This document shows, one piece after another, positions 9,346 through 20,251 of a stretch of 64,000 nucleotides of DNA; position 1 is the stretch's first letter, and each line of letters starts with the position of its first letter. A program made the position numbers and the translations under genes. This stretch comes from Candidatus Bathyarchaeota archaeon (GTDB lineage: Archaea > Thermoproteota > Bathyarchaeia > Bathyarchaeales > Bathycorpusculaceae). Below the pieces are notes generated by a model. It was not told the DNA's origin. It saw only the letters and a program-made list of their open reading frames with translations, and did not search any database. The DNA lies in NCBI GenBank assembly GCA_963733095.1, contig CAVTBV010000007.1, forward strand, positions 64,001 to 128,000, read 5' to 3'.

Positions 9346-10321
9346 GACCGGTGGTGTATATGTAGTTTGTGAAGTTGGGAATTTGCGTTTGATTAGTAAG
9401 ATGGTTGTTTATCATCCATTGAGCCTCGTCCTGCATAGCTATAACAAGTGACTGATCCAAGGAAAGGGCAAAGGAATTGTCTGGCCAATCCTGCAATGTA
9501 TATGCACTAGTGTAATTTGAGTCGTTTTGGAATATCGTTTTTGCCTCATCTGGATTGTTAATTGCGTATTCTTCTGCTTGCTTGAGTGATTTTAAGAGTC
9601 CGACTATTGCATCAGAATGACTGGATATCCAATCATTTCTGCACGATACAAGCCAAAAAGCAGTTTGTCCATTTTGCAATTGTAAACTGATGAAGTCACT
9701 TCCTAATAGCTTCTGAACCTGGCTAAAATAGACGTCCTGAGCTACAAAAGCGTCTACTGTACCATTCAAAAGGGAATTGACAGATTGCGAAAGAGGAATA
9801 TTAACCTCAGTTACATTCGTTATATTAATGCCGTTTAGGTTAAGATACCTGCCGAGATAAAATTCTAGTAACGTTCCTTGAGTTACCCCAATTTTCTTTC
9901 CTATAAGGCTTGTTGCGTTTTCGATTCCGCTGCTTTTTTTACCTATTACGCAGATATTCTGAAATGCATCGATATTTCCTAAAATGCTGATGTTGGCATT
10001 GTTGAACGATCGTGAAACAATCGGATACTCCGTGGATATCGAAACATCCGCTTTATTGTTTATCAAGCCAGTTAACGCTGCTGACCCTGAATCGTAATCT
10101 TGAATTATAACATTTAAGCCATTAGCTGCAAAGAACCCTTGATTTTCCGCGACGAAGATTAATTCCGATTGACCTGTGGATTCTTTTCCAATTATTAAAG
10201 GCTCAAGTTTTTGGTTTAAATTGTTAGTTAAAATGAAAAACGAAGCAGTAATAATCAGAATTAAAAGAATAACAGCGGCTGTTCCGATTGCAATATTTCT
10301 CTTGTTCATTTTTGCGTTCAT
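9305..10321 (-). CDS. NMT1/SsuA/THI5-like substrate-binding protein
   Basis: N-terminal TM anchor; GFFAANGLNV, GKKIGVTQGT motifs. Confidence 0.85.
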   Translation of the reverse strand: MNAKMNKRNIAIGTAAVILLILIITASFFILTNNLNQKLEPLIIGKESTGQSELIFVAENQGFFAANGLNVIIQDYDSGSAALTGLINNKADVSISTEYPIVSRSFNNANISILGNIDAFQNICVIGKKSSGIENATSLIGKKIGVTQGTLLEFYLGRYLNLNGINITNVTEVNIPLSQSVNSLLNGTVDAFVAQDVYFSQVQKLLGSDFISLQLQNGQTAFWLVSCRNDWISSHSDAIVGLLKSLKQAEEYAINNPDEAKTIFQNDSNYTSAYTLQDWPDNSFALSLDQSLVIAMQDEAQWMINNHLTNQTQIPNFTNYIYTTGLETVDPQSVTIIK

Positions 10322-10331
10322 TTTTTTGACC

Positions 10332-11366
10332 TCAATGAATGATAGTTATGGCTTCAGGATCAGCAATCATTAAGCCGTTTAAGTAAATGTAAGTCAGGAA
10401 GTTAGGCACTGAGTTTGCATCTGTCAAATTATTGCCTATTAGCCATTGGGCTTCATCCTGCAAAGCCAAAATTTGAGCCTGATCAAGAGAAACCGAGAAC
10501 TGATAATCTGACCAAACAGTTGGTAAGTACGAGCTGGAATAATTTAGGGCGTTAGTTACTATGGCGATGGATTGGTTTTGATGGGTTAAAAGATAGTTTT
10601 GGGCTTGAACCATTGATTTTAAGAATCTTACAATTAAGTCAGGATTTTGCTGCGCCCAACTATTCGTGCAGATCAAGTCCACATAAGCAAGCTGATTGGA
10701 TTGCACTTGCCACTCTACAACCTTATTTCCCAAGGAGTTTTCAATTTCGTTTACGTACGGTTGAAGCGTTACTACGGCATTAACTGAGCCATTTGCCAAA
10801 GCATTCTGAGCCCCTGTCAGGGGAACATTAACGAGTGTTACGTTACTAGGGTCTACACCGTTTAGGTCAAGAAATCTGCTAAGGTAGAATTCTCCGATAG
10901 TTCCGAATGCAACGCCTATTTTTTGACCATTCAGGTCCGAAATTTTATTAATGCCTTGGTCTGTTCTTGCAATCACATAGAAGCTTTGGAACTTGCCTAT
11001 AGATGCGAACGTGCAAAGGCTCGCATTGCCTAATGCTTCTTCGGCAACAACGAACTCGGCTGCCACTGCCAGGTTTACCTCACCGTTGAGCATCCCTTCT
11101 GCGGCGGCTGCACCTGACGCATAGTCTTTGAAGATTATGTTTAGACCGTTATTGACGAAATATTTCTGGTCTAGAGCTACGTAAATTAATGAACTTGTTT
11201 CGTTGGGAAGTATTCCTAACGTTACTGATTCGACTTTTCCTGAGTAAGGTTTTTGAGAATTAATGAAAACAAATGAACTTAAAACAATAGTTGATACCAA
11301 GATTATAACCGCTAAGGCCACCAAATTTCGCCTCTTCAGCGTCACCATCACAAACGTCCTCGACAA
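10332..11366 (-). CDS. NMT1/SsuA/THI5-like substrate-binding protein (paralog)
   Basis: Clear paralog of 9305-10321 (SLDQ..LQDEAQW..PNF..YIY). Confidence 0.85.
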   Translation of the reverse strand: MSRTFVMVTLKRRNLVALAVIILVSTIVLSSFVFINSQKPYSGKVESVTLGILPNETSSLIYVALDQKYFVNNGLNIIFKDYASGAAAAEGMLNGEVNLAVAAEFVVAEEALGNASLCTFASIGKFQSFYVIARTDQGINKISDLNGQKIGVAFGTIGEFYLSRFLDLNGVDPSNVTLVNVPLTGAQNALANGSVNAVVTLQPYVNEIENSLGNKVVEWQVQSNQLAYVDLICTNSWAQQNPDLIVRFLKSMVQAQNYLLTHQNQSIAIVTNALNYSSSYLPTVWSDYQFSVSLDQAQILALQDEAQWLIGNNLTDANSVPNFLTYIYLNGLMIADPEAITIIH

Positions 11367-11496
11367 GAAATTTGATTGTTTAAAGTAAACATTGAACGTA
11401 TTTATGAATATCTAAATAACGGCAAAAACACATTTTTCTGATTTTGACTAACTAAGAATGTTTACTGAATTAAGGGTTCGCTTAGACATTTAAGGC

Positions 11497-11509
11497 ATCC
11501 CAGCGGACC
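11497..11509 (+). other. Degenerate tRNA 3'-end fragment
   Basis: ATCCCAGCGGACC identical to part of 6928-6954. Confidence 0.45.
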
Positions 11510-11700
11510 GCTCCTTGGTGTTCCGGGAAAGACGGCTTCAAAGCTTGATTAAAATTTGCGAAATTGCCTTAACCGGCAAGTTTGAGCAAAGGGGCCAGAC
11601 CGTTTCTGGGTAAGCATGTTAGAGACTTAATCTGGTTTATGATTGAATCCAACCTATCAACAAAAGAAGGGGGAACTGTGTGTTTGGTTGGCTAGTATTT

Positions 11701-12570
11701 CTAAGCCGCGGGTTGGGTTGTCTGGGGTGCTGATTCTTGGGGTGAAGTTTTTCCTTCGAAGAATGCCAGGAGGTCTTCGTTGATTTGCTGCTTGTGTGTG
11801 GTGCACATGCCATGTGGGGCGCCTTTGTAGATTTTAAGGGTTGCATTCTTGATGATTTTGGAGGAGAGCATTGCCGAGTCTGCGATGGGAACGATTTGGT
11901 CATCGTCGCCGTGAAGAATCAAGGTTGGCACATCGATTCTTTTGAGGTCTTCGGTCATGTCTGTTTCTGAGAATGCTTTGATGCAGAAATACGCTGCTGG
12001 AAAACCTGCCATCATGCCTTGATGCCAGAAATTCTCGCGCACGCCTTCCGAAATTTTCGCGTTTGGTCTGTTGTAGCCGTAGAATGGCATTGATAGGTCT
12101 TTGAAGAATTGTGAACGGTCGGCAATGACGTTTGCGCGTATTTGGTCAAAAGCTTGTATTGGTAATCCACCGGGATTGGCTGCTGTCTTAACCATTATTG
12201 GTGGAACCGCGCCGATTAGAACGGTTTTCGCCACTCTTTTGTTTCCATGGCGACCTATGTATCTTGTAACTTCGCCGCCGCCAGTGGAATGACCGACTAA
12301 TATTACGCTTTTTAAGTCAAGTTTTTCGATGAGCTCATTTAGGTCATCCGCGTAGGTGTCCATGTCGTTTCCGTTCCAAGGTTGACTTGAGCGCCCATGC
12401 CCTCGACGGTCATGTGCAATGCAGCGGTAGCCTTTGGGCACTAGATAGAACATTTGATCTTCAAAAGCGTCTCCGTTTAGCGGCCAGCCATGACTGAAAA
12501 CAACGGTTTGCCCTTTGCCCCAATCTTTATAATAAATTTTCGTACCATCTTTGATAATAATATTAGGCAT
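11701..12570 (-). CDS. cpo: Non-heme haloperoxidase/perhydrolase (alpha/beta hydrolase)
   Basis: [35 protein letters not shown]. Confidence 0.9.
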   Translation of the reverse strand: MPNIIIKDGTKIYYKDWGKGQTVVFSHGWPLNGDAFEDQMFYLVPKGYRCIAHDRRGHGRSSQPWNGNDMDTYADDLNELIEKLDLKSVILVGHSTGGGEVTRYIGRHGNKRVAKTVLIGAVPPIMVKTAANPGGLPIQAFDQIRANVIADRSQFFKDLSMPFYGYNRPNAKISEGVRENFWHQGMMAGFPAAYFCIKAFSETDMTEDLKRIDVPTLILHGDDDQIVPIADSAMLSSKIIKNATLKIYKGAPHGMCTTHKQQINEDLLAFFEGKTSPQESAPQTTQPAA

Positions 12571-12713
12571 TTCAAAAAACTCCTGTTCCAACAAAAGGAG
12601 CATAAGTATTTTAGCATTTGTGACGTCGCACCAACTATAACAGGTGTCAACTTCGACTGTTTGCTACGTCAACAGAGCTCCTACTGATTATAGCATTCTC
12701 GACCTTACCTTTT

Positions 12714-12740
12714 GGGGTCTGGAACCCAGCGGGCCTGCCA
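12714..12740 (+). other. Degenerate tRNA 3'-end fragment
   Basis: ...GGAACCCAGCGGGCCTGCCA, same family as 6928. Confidence 0.5.
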
Positions 12741-12953
12741 TCGCCGAGTGAATATGTACTTTTAGCGCGAAAAAGGAAGGCGGCTACAGATGATGTCTCC
12801 CTTCTTAGAGTATAACGCAACGGCTACTCAACTTACCAGGGGGTGAAAATTCGAAGCCCACCTCCAGTTTCTCAGTTACATCGTATAGATTCAATTCTTG
12901 CCAAAGCGTTCTTATCCATCATTTATTACCAAAGTGATAGACCTGAAGCCAGT

Positions 12954-14054
12954 ATGAGAAAAGACGCTTTCCTAAAACCGCTCCCATTCATTCTAGTTGT
13001 TATGCTTTGCATGACTTCCCTTATAGTGACTGTGCGAGCTGAAAGTTGGAGCTGGAGTAAAGTGGCAAGCCCCGCAGGGGAATATCTATCAGTGGATATG
13101 GTCAACTCATATGATGGGTGGGCAGTGGGATTTGACGGAGCCATAATTCATTGGGACGGAAAAAGCTGGAACAATGCGGCCAGTCCAACCAGTTATAAAT
13201 TAGTCTCAGTGGATATGGTGAGCTCTACTGAAGGATGGGCAATTGCCCAAAGAATAGACGGTTACCAGACTAATCAGTCAGTAATCAGATGGGACGGAAA
13301 AAGCTGGAACAATGTAACAAGCTCAACCGCAGCCATGCTAACATCCGTGGATATGGTTAACTCAACTGACGGATGGGCAGTGGGATATGGTGGCATGGTA
13401 ATTAGATGGAATGGAACAAACTGGAACCTTGTGGAAAGCCCCATCAATAATCCGTGGGAATCGGTAGATATGGTTAACTCAACTGACGGATGGGCAGTAG
13501 GGAGAAGAGCGCAGTATACAGGCATTAACAGTATAATCCATTGGAACGGAACTATCTGGAACCTAGTAGAAAGCCCAAAAATCGTTGGAACTCGAACATT
13601 ATGGTCAGTTGATATGGTGAGTTCAACTGACGGATGGGCTGTTGGTGATAGCGGAATAATAATCAGGTGGGATGGAACGAGCTGGAACAAAGTAATAAGC
13701 CCCATTCCAGTTACCAAACACTTGTTTTCGGTGGATATGGTTAACTCAACCGACGGATGGGCGGTGGGCTCAGATGGATGTATAATCCATTGGGATGGAG
13801 CAAGCTGGAGCAACGTTACGAGCCCAACTGGAGCTTGGTTGTATTGCGTGAATATGGTTAGCTCAACAGATGGGTGGATAGTAGGAGCCGATGGAATATA
13901 TCGTTGGCAGGAAGTTACTGGTTTTCCTACTGATTACTTTATTATCATAATCGCAGTTATCGTTGCCGTTATCGTGGTTGTTTGGTTTTTTATAAGAAAT
14001 AAGCAAGCCCAAAAACGCACTAGAAGAGTAGTTCTCGAAGAGGGTTCGAGGTAA
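12954..14054 (+). CDS. Membrane-anchored beta-propeller (Ycf48/BNR-like repeat) protein
   Basis: Seven ~40-aa repeats SVDMVxSTDGWAVG..IIxWDGxSW; signal peptide; C-terminal TM. Confidence 0.85.
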   Translation: MRKDAFLKPLPFILVVMLCMTSLIVTVRAESWSWSKVASPAGEYLSVDMVNSYDGWAVGFDGAIIHWDGKSWNNAASPTSYKLVSVDMVSSTEGWAIAQRIDGYQTNQSVIRWDGKSWNNVTSSTAAMLTSVDMVNSTDGWAVGYGGMVIRWNGTNWNLVESPINNPWESVDMVNSTDGWAVGRRAQYTGINSIIHWNGTIWNLVESPKIVGTRTLWSVDMVSSTDGWAVGDSGIIIRWDGTSWNKVISPIPVTKHLFSVDMVNSTDGWAVGSDGCIIHWDGASWSNVTSPTGAWLYCVNMVSSTDGWIVGADGIYRWQEVTGFPTDYFIIIIAVIVAVIVVVWFFIRNKQAQKRTRRVVLEEGSR

Positions 14055-14168
14055 CTGCTGCTTAAAATGCCAGGGGTGTAGCTTCTATGTCCTGCAAGCT
14101 TCATCTTTCTTGGAGAGTTAAACTCCCCATCATAGGTACAATTTGCTGCTTAGAGTTCGGTTCCCCAG
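14040..14168 (+). repeat. T-arm element with ~70-bp insert (repeat C)
   Basis: Inverted copy at 21101-21236; partial copy at 12817-12845. Confidence 0.85.
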
Positions 14169-14264
14169 ATATGTTCCTACTTATGGCAATATGTTGTAGC
14201 CAGTTATCAATCACAAAAGGTTAACTTTCAAGCGCCAGTTAATCTTCTTGAGGTTTAGTTATTT

Positions 14265-14669
14265 ATGGAAAAAGAACTACTTTTTGAAGGAAAAGAAAAC
14301 ACCAGCTCAGTCAACATAAAGGAATTCACTCCAGCAGGCGTAAGGCTTGAAATCACAGTCGCAGGTAAAGTTAGCGGCAAAGTGGCTGGACAAATTATGT
14401 CTACACATAACATTCTCATGAAGCCAGGTGGAACAAGCGATCTTGACCTGAAATCAATCATATTCAGCAATGGCGAACCTATCTTCGTAATGGGAAAAGC
14501 CAGCGGTAAACTCATAGACCCAACTCCTATTGGACAGATTGAGGCAAACCTGACATTCCAGACCCCTTCTCAAAAACTGGCATACTTAAATACAGCCAAA
14601 GGCTGGTCAGAAGCAACATACAACATGGCAACAGGCGAATACACCTTTAAGGTCTATGCCGTCAAATAG
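14265..14669 (+). CDS. Hypothetical beta-rich protein
   Basis: Clean 134-aa ORF with ribosome site and T-rich end. Confidence 0.7.
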   Translation: MEKELLFEGKENTSSVNIKEFTPAGVRLEITVAGKVSGKVAGQIMSTHNILMKPGGTSDLDLKSIIFSNGEPIFVMGKASGKLIDPTPIGQIEANLTFQTPSQKLAYLNTAKGWSEATYNMATGEYTFKVYAVK

Positions 14670-14739
14670 CACCAACGATCATCCTTTTTTCATTCTTTAG
14701 TCGCATAAATCAGTAGTTCTTTCAAATGTTACATTGGGG

Positions 14740-14870
14740 AAAAAGGGGAAAAGGTGGGTGACATCTCCGCTCTAGTAAGAGTCCAACGATATTCAAGTTA
14801 TCGTCCAAAGCAACTCAAATGTCAATCCCCAATACAATTAGTAATATGGATGCAGAGGGTTCGGTTCCCA
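14740..14870 (+). repeat. T-arm element copy
   Basis: AAAAGGGG..GGGTGACATCTCC..ATCCCCAATACAATTAG..ATGGATG..GGTTCGGTTCCC, homologous to the inverted copy at 21937-22034. Confidence 0.7.
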
Positions 14871-15007
14871 ACCGTATACACTTTCAGGCTAAAACAAATG
14901 TACAACTCGGAACTTGCTATTTTCTCTGCAATGATGTTTACTATCTCTATGGCAAGCATTAAATAGCTAACAATCTGATAGACGCTAACCTGGAGAAAGG
15001 GGTCAAA

Positions 15008-15274
15008 ATGGAGTCATACAAAAAGAACGCAATAGCTGCGGGAGTATTATTTGTAATTGCAGACCTTGTAGGTTTTGTGAGCTTACCCTTTATACAACCT
15101 ATGAATGATACGAATTATCTTGTAAGTGTTTCTGCAAATGCAAACAGGGTAACTACAGCAGCCCTTCTTTTGTTCATCGGTGCAATGCTTAACGTGCCAA
15201 GGTTTCTCTTCCCTGGAATAGTTGTTGGCTATCTGTACAAAAGGCTGCACGAATCAGGAATGGCTAAGAAATAA
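15008..15274 (+). pseudogene. Truncated/chimeric DUF4386-like membrane protein
   Basis: N-terminus KKNAIAAGVLFVIA..NYLVSVSANANRV resembles DUF4386, but the ORF is only 88 aa. Confidence 0.5.
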
Positions 15275-15295
15275 AGTTGGAAAGAAGGGTTTTCG

Positions 15296-15778
15296 ATGAA
15301 GTGCTTGCTAATTGTGTATTCTTACCATCACAACAACACCCAAAAAATAGCAGAAGTCTTCGCAAAGGTGCTTGATGCGGAAATTAGAACTCCCCAGCAG
15401 ACTAACCCTGAAGAGCTTCAAGATTATGACTTAGTAGGCTTTGGGTCAGGGATAGACACTGACAAAAACTACAAAGAACTCCTTGACTTTGCAGATAGAC
15501 TACCTCAAGTCACAGACAAGAAAGCATTCGTCTTCTCAACCAGCGGAATGCCCGTTGGAATTTCAAGTCAACAGCGATTGGAAGAGTACACAAGCAAATG
15601 TCATACGACTCTTAAAGAAACTCTTCAATCCAAAGGCTACACGATTGTTGACGAGTTTGGTTGCGCGGGTTTCAACACTAACAAATTTCTCAAGTATTTT
15701 GGTGGAATAAACAAAGGAAGACCTAATGAAGAAGACCTCAAACACGCCGAATCCTTTGCTGAGAAGCTTAAAGTTTAA
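15296..15778 (+). CDS. Flavodoxin family protein
   Basis: YSYHHNNTQKIA, YDLVGFGSGI, FVFSTSG, KGRPNEEDL. Confidence 0.9.
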   Translation: MKCLLIVYSYHHNNTQKIAEVFAKVLDAEIRTPQQTNPEELQDYDLVGFGSGIDTDKNYKELLDFADRLPQVTDKKAFVFSTSGMPVGISSQQRLEEYTSKCHTTLKETLQSKGYTIVDEFGCAGFNTNKFLKYFGGINKGRPNEEDLKHAESFAEKLKV

Positions 15779-15863
15779 GCCAGAAAAAATTGGTGCCTTG
15801 GCGAGCTATCTGCGTAAGACGTACTTAAGTCTCAGAGTCATGAAACTTCAATATTTAGTTGTG

Positions 15864-16165
15864 TTCTTAATATTATGGTAACTTCAGATTTTGTTTTTAC
15901 AGTTCACTAAATTTTTTCTGCATAAAGCAACCATTTTAGCGGTCTTGGGGATGAATTAGGGCAAGTTTTGGGGTCAATATTGAAATACACCTTAATATCT
16001 GCTTCCAATACATAATAATTGAGGCTGCAAAAGGCTCCGACAACCAGAAAATTAAGGGGTTGCATTTTCCCCTTTCTCCTCAAGTGGTTAAGAGCCAAAG
16101 CAGCCCCCCTTCCCAAATAAACTTTTACACTCATATAGCGGGTTGGTCATTCTCTGGTTTATTTA
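15864..16165 (+). ncRNA. Repeat B copy 2 (core 16021-16108)
   Basis: Near-identical to copy 1. Confidence 0.5.
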
Positions 16166-16287
16166 TGAAATTGTTTAATTAGAAATTAAAAAACTGGCTG
16201 AGATTTTATTTTTTGTTAACCTATTATGTTTATTGTGTAGAATACTGGTTTTTGGATGCTAAAAAAAGAGAAAGAAAGGTTTAGTGT

Positions 16288-18003
16288 TTATCTGGGTATC
16301 TTTAGGGTTATCGCTGTTGTGTGTGTAGTTGTTCCATCGGTTCCTTGGATGGTGATTGTGTAGGTCCCTGTTTGAGTAAATCTTGGCACAGTAATTGTTA
16401 AAGTTGAAGCTGTAGCTTGAGATGTTATTGTTACGGGGTTTGTGCTAAAGCTGTATGTTACACCTGTTGGCGTGTCACTAGTAGCTGAGAGGGTGACTTT
16501 GCCTGTGTAGCCGTTGATTGGGGATATGGTGATTCTGTCGGTTCCTGATCTGCCTGTTTGGATGTTTAGGTTTGTTGAACTTGCTGATAGTGAGTAGTCA
16601 GTGGGCGATGTTACTTGTACGTTTATGGTTATTGGGTGGGTTATTGCTGGATTGCTGTTGTCAGTGCCGGTTATCATTACTTGGTAGGATCCCGCTGCGG
16701 TGCCTGCTGGTATTGTGAGGGTTGCTGTTTCAAAGCCCGTTATGGACGATGGGTCAATTGATACTCCAGTTATTCCTGTGGCTGTTAGCTGGACTGTGTC
16801 GGAGAAGCCGCCAACTGAAGCGATGGTTATGGTTGAGGTTCCTTGGCTACCGTAGGGTATTGTTAATGTTGGTGGGTTGGCTGAGATTGTGAAGTCTGGT
16901 TGTGGTGGTGCTGCAAAGTTGGTTGTTAGTGGGCTGCCTATTCCTGTGGTCAGATCATATCCTGTTCCTGCTGAGTAGCCGCCGCTTTGACCAATGGTTA
17001 CGTCTCTAAAGTCTGCGGAATAACTAGTTGTTGAAGCGTAAAGGCTGTAGAGGTTAGTGCTGGTTGCTGATTTTCCGAGGGCTTGGATTGCTGCCCATTG
17101 AGGTGCTCCTGCACTGGTGCCGCCGACGACGTACCAACCCTTTGTTGGCATGAAGGTGTCGTATACTGCGAATCCTGTGTTTGGATCGGCGTTGAATGAA
17201 ACGTCTGGTGTTGCCCTGTGTTTGTAGCCTAAATTGGCTATGGCTTGGCCTGAGGATACTGGTTCATAGCTGCTTACTCCGCCGCCGCTTCCGCTCCAAG
17301 CTGTTTCTGACCACTGGCCGTTGGTGTTTGTGAGGGTTGTGCCTCCTACTGAAATGACGTTTGCGCTACTGCTTGGCCAGATGATTGCTCCGCCGGTATC
17401 GCCTGATGCAGCAAAGAATTGTACGCCTGTGGTGCTTGTGAAGTAGCTGTCGTAGCTGGTTTCGCTTGAGAATTCATTTCCGCCCCAGCTCATGGAAACA
17501 GACACTACTCCGGGTTGGCTTTTTGCATAGATGACTGCGCTAAGTAAGTCATTTAAGCTTGCAGATCTCGCTTCGACGAGTAAGATTTTTGCTTCTGGAG
17601 CTATGGCGTGTGCCCATTGAACATCGAGTGCTTCTTCCATTCCCCAGTTGTAGTCATTGGAAATGCGACTTGACATCTTATGTATAGTTAGACTTGGGGT
17701 TGGTAGGTTGTTGTATGTTGAGAAATAAGCGAGGTCAGAGGCTAAGTTTGGGTTGTTGTATGCGTCCACTATCGCGATTGTTGTTCCAGCTCCTCCATCC
17801 GAGGGAAGGTTGTATGCTGTTTTAATGTCAGAAGGCCAGTAAACCACTGTGCCGCTTGTTGCTTGCTGCTTTATGTGGTGCATTGGTTGTGCTTGCCAAT
17901 CTGTTGTTTGCGCGTTTACAAGTGAAGGTGCGATTGCTAAAATCATGAGGAACATTAAGGTTAGAGTTAATATTTTCAGCGTTATTTTCGCCAATTTCTT
18001 CAT
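16288..18003 (-). CDS. Secreted S53 (sedolisin/kumamolisin-like) peptidase with two C-terminal Ig-like repeats
   Basis: EEALD, AASGD, PDVS, GGTSAGAP, GYDLTTGIGSP. Confidence 0.9.
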   Translation of the reverse strand: MKKLAKITLKILTLTLMFLMILAIAPSLVNAQTTDWQAQPMHHIKQQATSGTVVYWPSDIKTAYNLPSDGGAGTTIAIVDAYNNPNLASDLAYFSTYNNLPTPSLTIHKMSSRISNDYNWGMEEALDVQWAHAIAPEAKILLVEARSASLNDLLSAVIYAKSQPGVVSVSMSWGGNEFSSETSYDSYFTSTTGVQFFAASGDTGGAIIWPSSSANVISVGGTTLTNTNGQWSETAWSGSGGGVSSYEPVSSGQAIANLGYKHRATPDVSFNADPNTGFAVYDTFMPTKGWYVVGGTSAGAPQWAAIQALGKSATSTNLYSLYASTTSYSADFRDVTIGQSGGYSAGTGYDLTTGIGSPLTTNFAAPPQPDFTISANPPTLTIPYGSQGTSTITIASVGGFSDTVQLTATGITGVSIDPSSITGFETATLTIPAGTAAGSYQVMITGTDNSNPAITHPITINVQVTSPTDYSLSASSTNLNIQTGRSGTDRITISPINGYTGKVTLSATSDTPTGVTYSFSTNPVTITSQATASTLTITVPRFTQTGTYTITIQGTDGTTTHTTAITLKIPR

Positions 18004-18364
18004 TCTCCATGCATTTTTTGTTAAAATTGCTATTAAATTCTTGTTGATGTTCTAAGCATATAAGCGTTATCTTTGTATGATGGTTAGCTATACTTTTTGT
18101 CAGGCAAAAACTAGCGGGCAACATGGCATTTAACTCGTGTTTACATTATGGCATGTGTTGATGATGTATTAGGAAAAAAATGCGAGCAATAGCTGAAACA
18201 AATCATCGCCTTTTGTTCGAGTTCTTTAAGAATTAATGGAATAAGAGGTGGGTAATTAGGGTTGGAAAAGGAAAAAAGGGATTGTTCACTGACTTCAACT
18301 ATTAAGGGAATAGCAAATTAGAAAAGGAAGATTTGAGCTAGTGATCTCTTAGTTTACTTTAAGT

Positions 18365-18766
18365 CTAGGGTGGCATGTCAGGCTGCAGAAGTCCAAAAGA
18401 GTTCCCTTCTGGGTCCGCGACTACTGCAAACCAGCCTACTGTGGGTATTTGTTTTTTTGGAACCAAGATCTTTCCGCCTTCTTTCGTAACCTTATCTGTG
18501 TATTTGTCGATGTCTTCTACGCTGATGTAATTGACTTGTGGAGCGCTTTGCATTCCTTGAGTACGCGGGTATAAGCCACCGTTAACGCCTGGGCGCTGAA
18601 GCATTCCTTTCTCGTCGATGGGAACCGTAGCTATATTGTAGTATTCGACATCTGGCATGGAGGTTTTCGTGATTTTCCATCCGAGGACATTTTCATAGAA
18701 TTTTTGCAGTTTCTTAACATCATTTGCAGGAATTTCAAAATGAACAACTGTATGATCCATTTTCAA
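18365..18766 (-). CDS. VOC/glyoxalase family protein
   Basis: VVHFEIPA..FYENVLGW..DPEGNSFGL. Confidence 0.9.
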   Translation of the reverse strand: MKMDHTVVHFEIPANDVKKLQKFYENVLGWKITKTSMPDVEYYNIATVPIDEKGMLQRPGVNGGLYPRTQGMQSAPQVNYISVEDIDKYTDKVTKEGGKILVPKKQIPTVGWFAVVADPEGNSFGLLQPDMPP

Positions 18767-18879
18767 ACAACTCTTTGTTTAGGATTTCAAAGTTTGCCGT
18801 TAAGTTAAAACTATGTGTTTGTTCTATGCCTACCACAAGCAGTTAAGCCTTAAGCATGTAGAATCAAAAAATACTACTT

Positions 18880-18931
18880 GTCGCACCGAAACTGGAGGCT
18901 GCATCTGCGCTTGTGGTGCAGACGGGTTTTC
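18880..18931. repeat. Dispersed repeat E, copy 2
   Basis: Match to 6391-6443. Confidence 0.8.
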
Positions 18932-19169
18932 GGGAAGTTGATGTCCGTGGTTATTTTCACTGGGCTCTTACGGACAATTATGTGGGAAAAAGGGTTTGGT
19001 CAGAAGTTTGGATTGTTCTGTTGACTTATGAGACTAAGTCTTGGAAAGCAGGAAAAAGGGGGAGGTTCTTTAGGGGATAATAATCGCAGAGAAGACGGAA
19101 GAACCGTGAAGGCCACATGCATAAAACAGAAATATTTCCAGCACCATATTATTGGGTGAGGCTGTTAGG

Positions 19170-19340
19170 ATGAGCCAATACGTTAAGGGAGCTGAACCTG
19201 ACAGGTGGCATTGGATTAAAGATTGCAAGATGTATCCTCGCGTAGTCATCCAGAAAAGAGGCATCAGACCAACTCGTGACCTCTGCGACGAATGCCAGGA
19301 ACTAGAGAAAAAGATACTTCTCAAAACAGCAGCAACATAA
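19170..19340 (+). CDS. Small His/Cys putative zinc-binding protein
   Basis: MSQYVKG..WHWxxxCxxYP...LCDEC. Confidence 0.6.
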   Translation: MSQYVKGAEPDRWHWIKDCKMYPRVVIQKRGIRPTRDLCDECQELEKKILLKTAAT

Positions 19341-19424
19341 ACAAAACTTACTCCCTAAACAAAGAATTGCGATATCAAGGTAGCTTGCGCTCTAAAACTT
19401 GAATAGTGGTTTGAGCGGCAGGCA

Positions 19425-19708
19425 GAGACGGATTTGAACCCGTCTGAAGTGGAGATGTCACCCGCAAATCTCCTCTTTTTTATGGGCTTAGGAAAAAAGC
19501 GATAACTATTCTCTAGTTCTGGGGATGGGCTTTTGAGTTGATGTACGATTCCCTACCCCGCTTAGGCTTCAAGGGAGTGGTTTGCATAGGTTATTACCGA
19601 CCCTCCAGTAGCTTGACTGGCTTATAAAAATGAGCATCACCCGCCACCTTGGGGTTGGATTCGAACACTCTGTGGATGGAGAAATCACCCGCAAAACTCT
19701 CCTTTTTG
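19425..19708 (-). repeat. Three tandem T-arm elements without intervening genes
   Basis: Minus strand: GCGGGTGATTTCTCC..GTGTTCGAATCCAACCCC (19649-19708), CCCATCCCCAG (19515-19541), GCGGGTGACATCTCC..GACGGGTTCAAATCCGTC (19425-19481). Confidence 0.7.
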
Positions 19709-19759
19709 TTTAACATATAGCGCGCGCTATCACAGGGTATTTTTTCAAGCTATTTTTCA

Positions 19760-20221
19760 CTACCACTTATGTACTCTCTTCTTATAATCGCTGTATTGTT
19801 GACCCAGTATTCGTGTCAGGTCTTTTTCCTCATACGTTGCCATCTTATCAATGAAGATGAAGAATGCAATCCACACTATGAAGGACAGGATTGAGAGTGT
19901 GGCTATCGAGAAGCCTAATAGGATTAGCAATTCTCCCAGATACATTGGGTGTCTAACCCTTCCGTAGACTCCTATATCGATAACTTTTCCCTCGGTGTTG
20001 CTGAATACTACTGCTGCAGATTTTCTCACAAAATAGACTCCAACTATGAAGGAGATGACTCCGATGGGGACTGATGCAAAGAGTGATGTTAATCCTAACA
20101 GGTTTAACGTATAGTGTAGTAAGAAGGAATCTATTCCCCAGATTATCAAGAAAATAAACGCGAAGACGACTTGTGCACTATCGTTAATGGGGTTCTCTGC
20201 ACCGATACCATGACGTGACAT
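19760..20221 (-). CDS. Isoprenylcysteine carboxylmethyltransferase/PEMT family protein
   Basis: GVYGRVRHPMYLG, EEKDL..GQQYSDYKKRV. Confidence 0.9.
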   Translation of the reverse strand: MSRHGIGAENPINDSAQVVFAFIFLIIWGIDSFLLHYTLNLLGLTSLFASVPIGVISFIVGVYFVRKSAAVVFSNTEGKVIDIGVYGRVRHPMYLGELLILLGFSIATLSILSFIVWIAFFIFIDKMATYEEKDLTRILGQQYSDYKKRVHKW

Positions 20222-20251
20222 AGTTATCAGATTCTCATCTGTCTTGGCATT

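Noticed and set aside
13080-13890. Regularly spaced GTGGATATGGT..ACTGACGGATGGGC repeats as a CRISPR array
   Set aside because: They are in-frame coding repeats of a beta-propeller with wobble variation; no cas genes are present.
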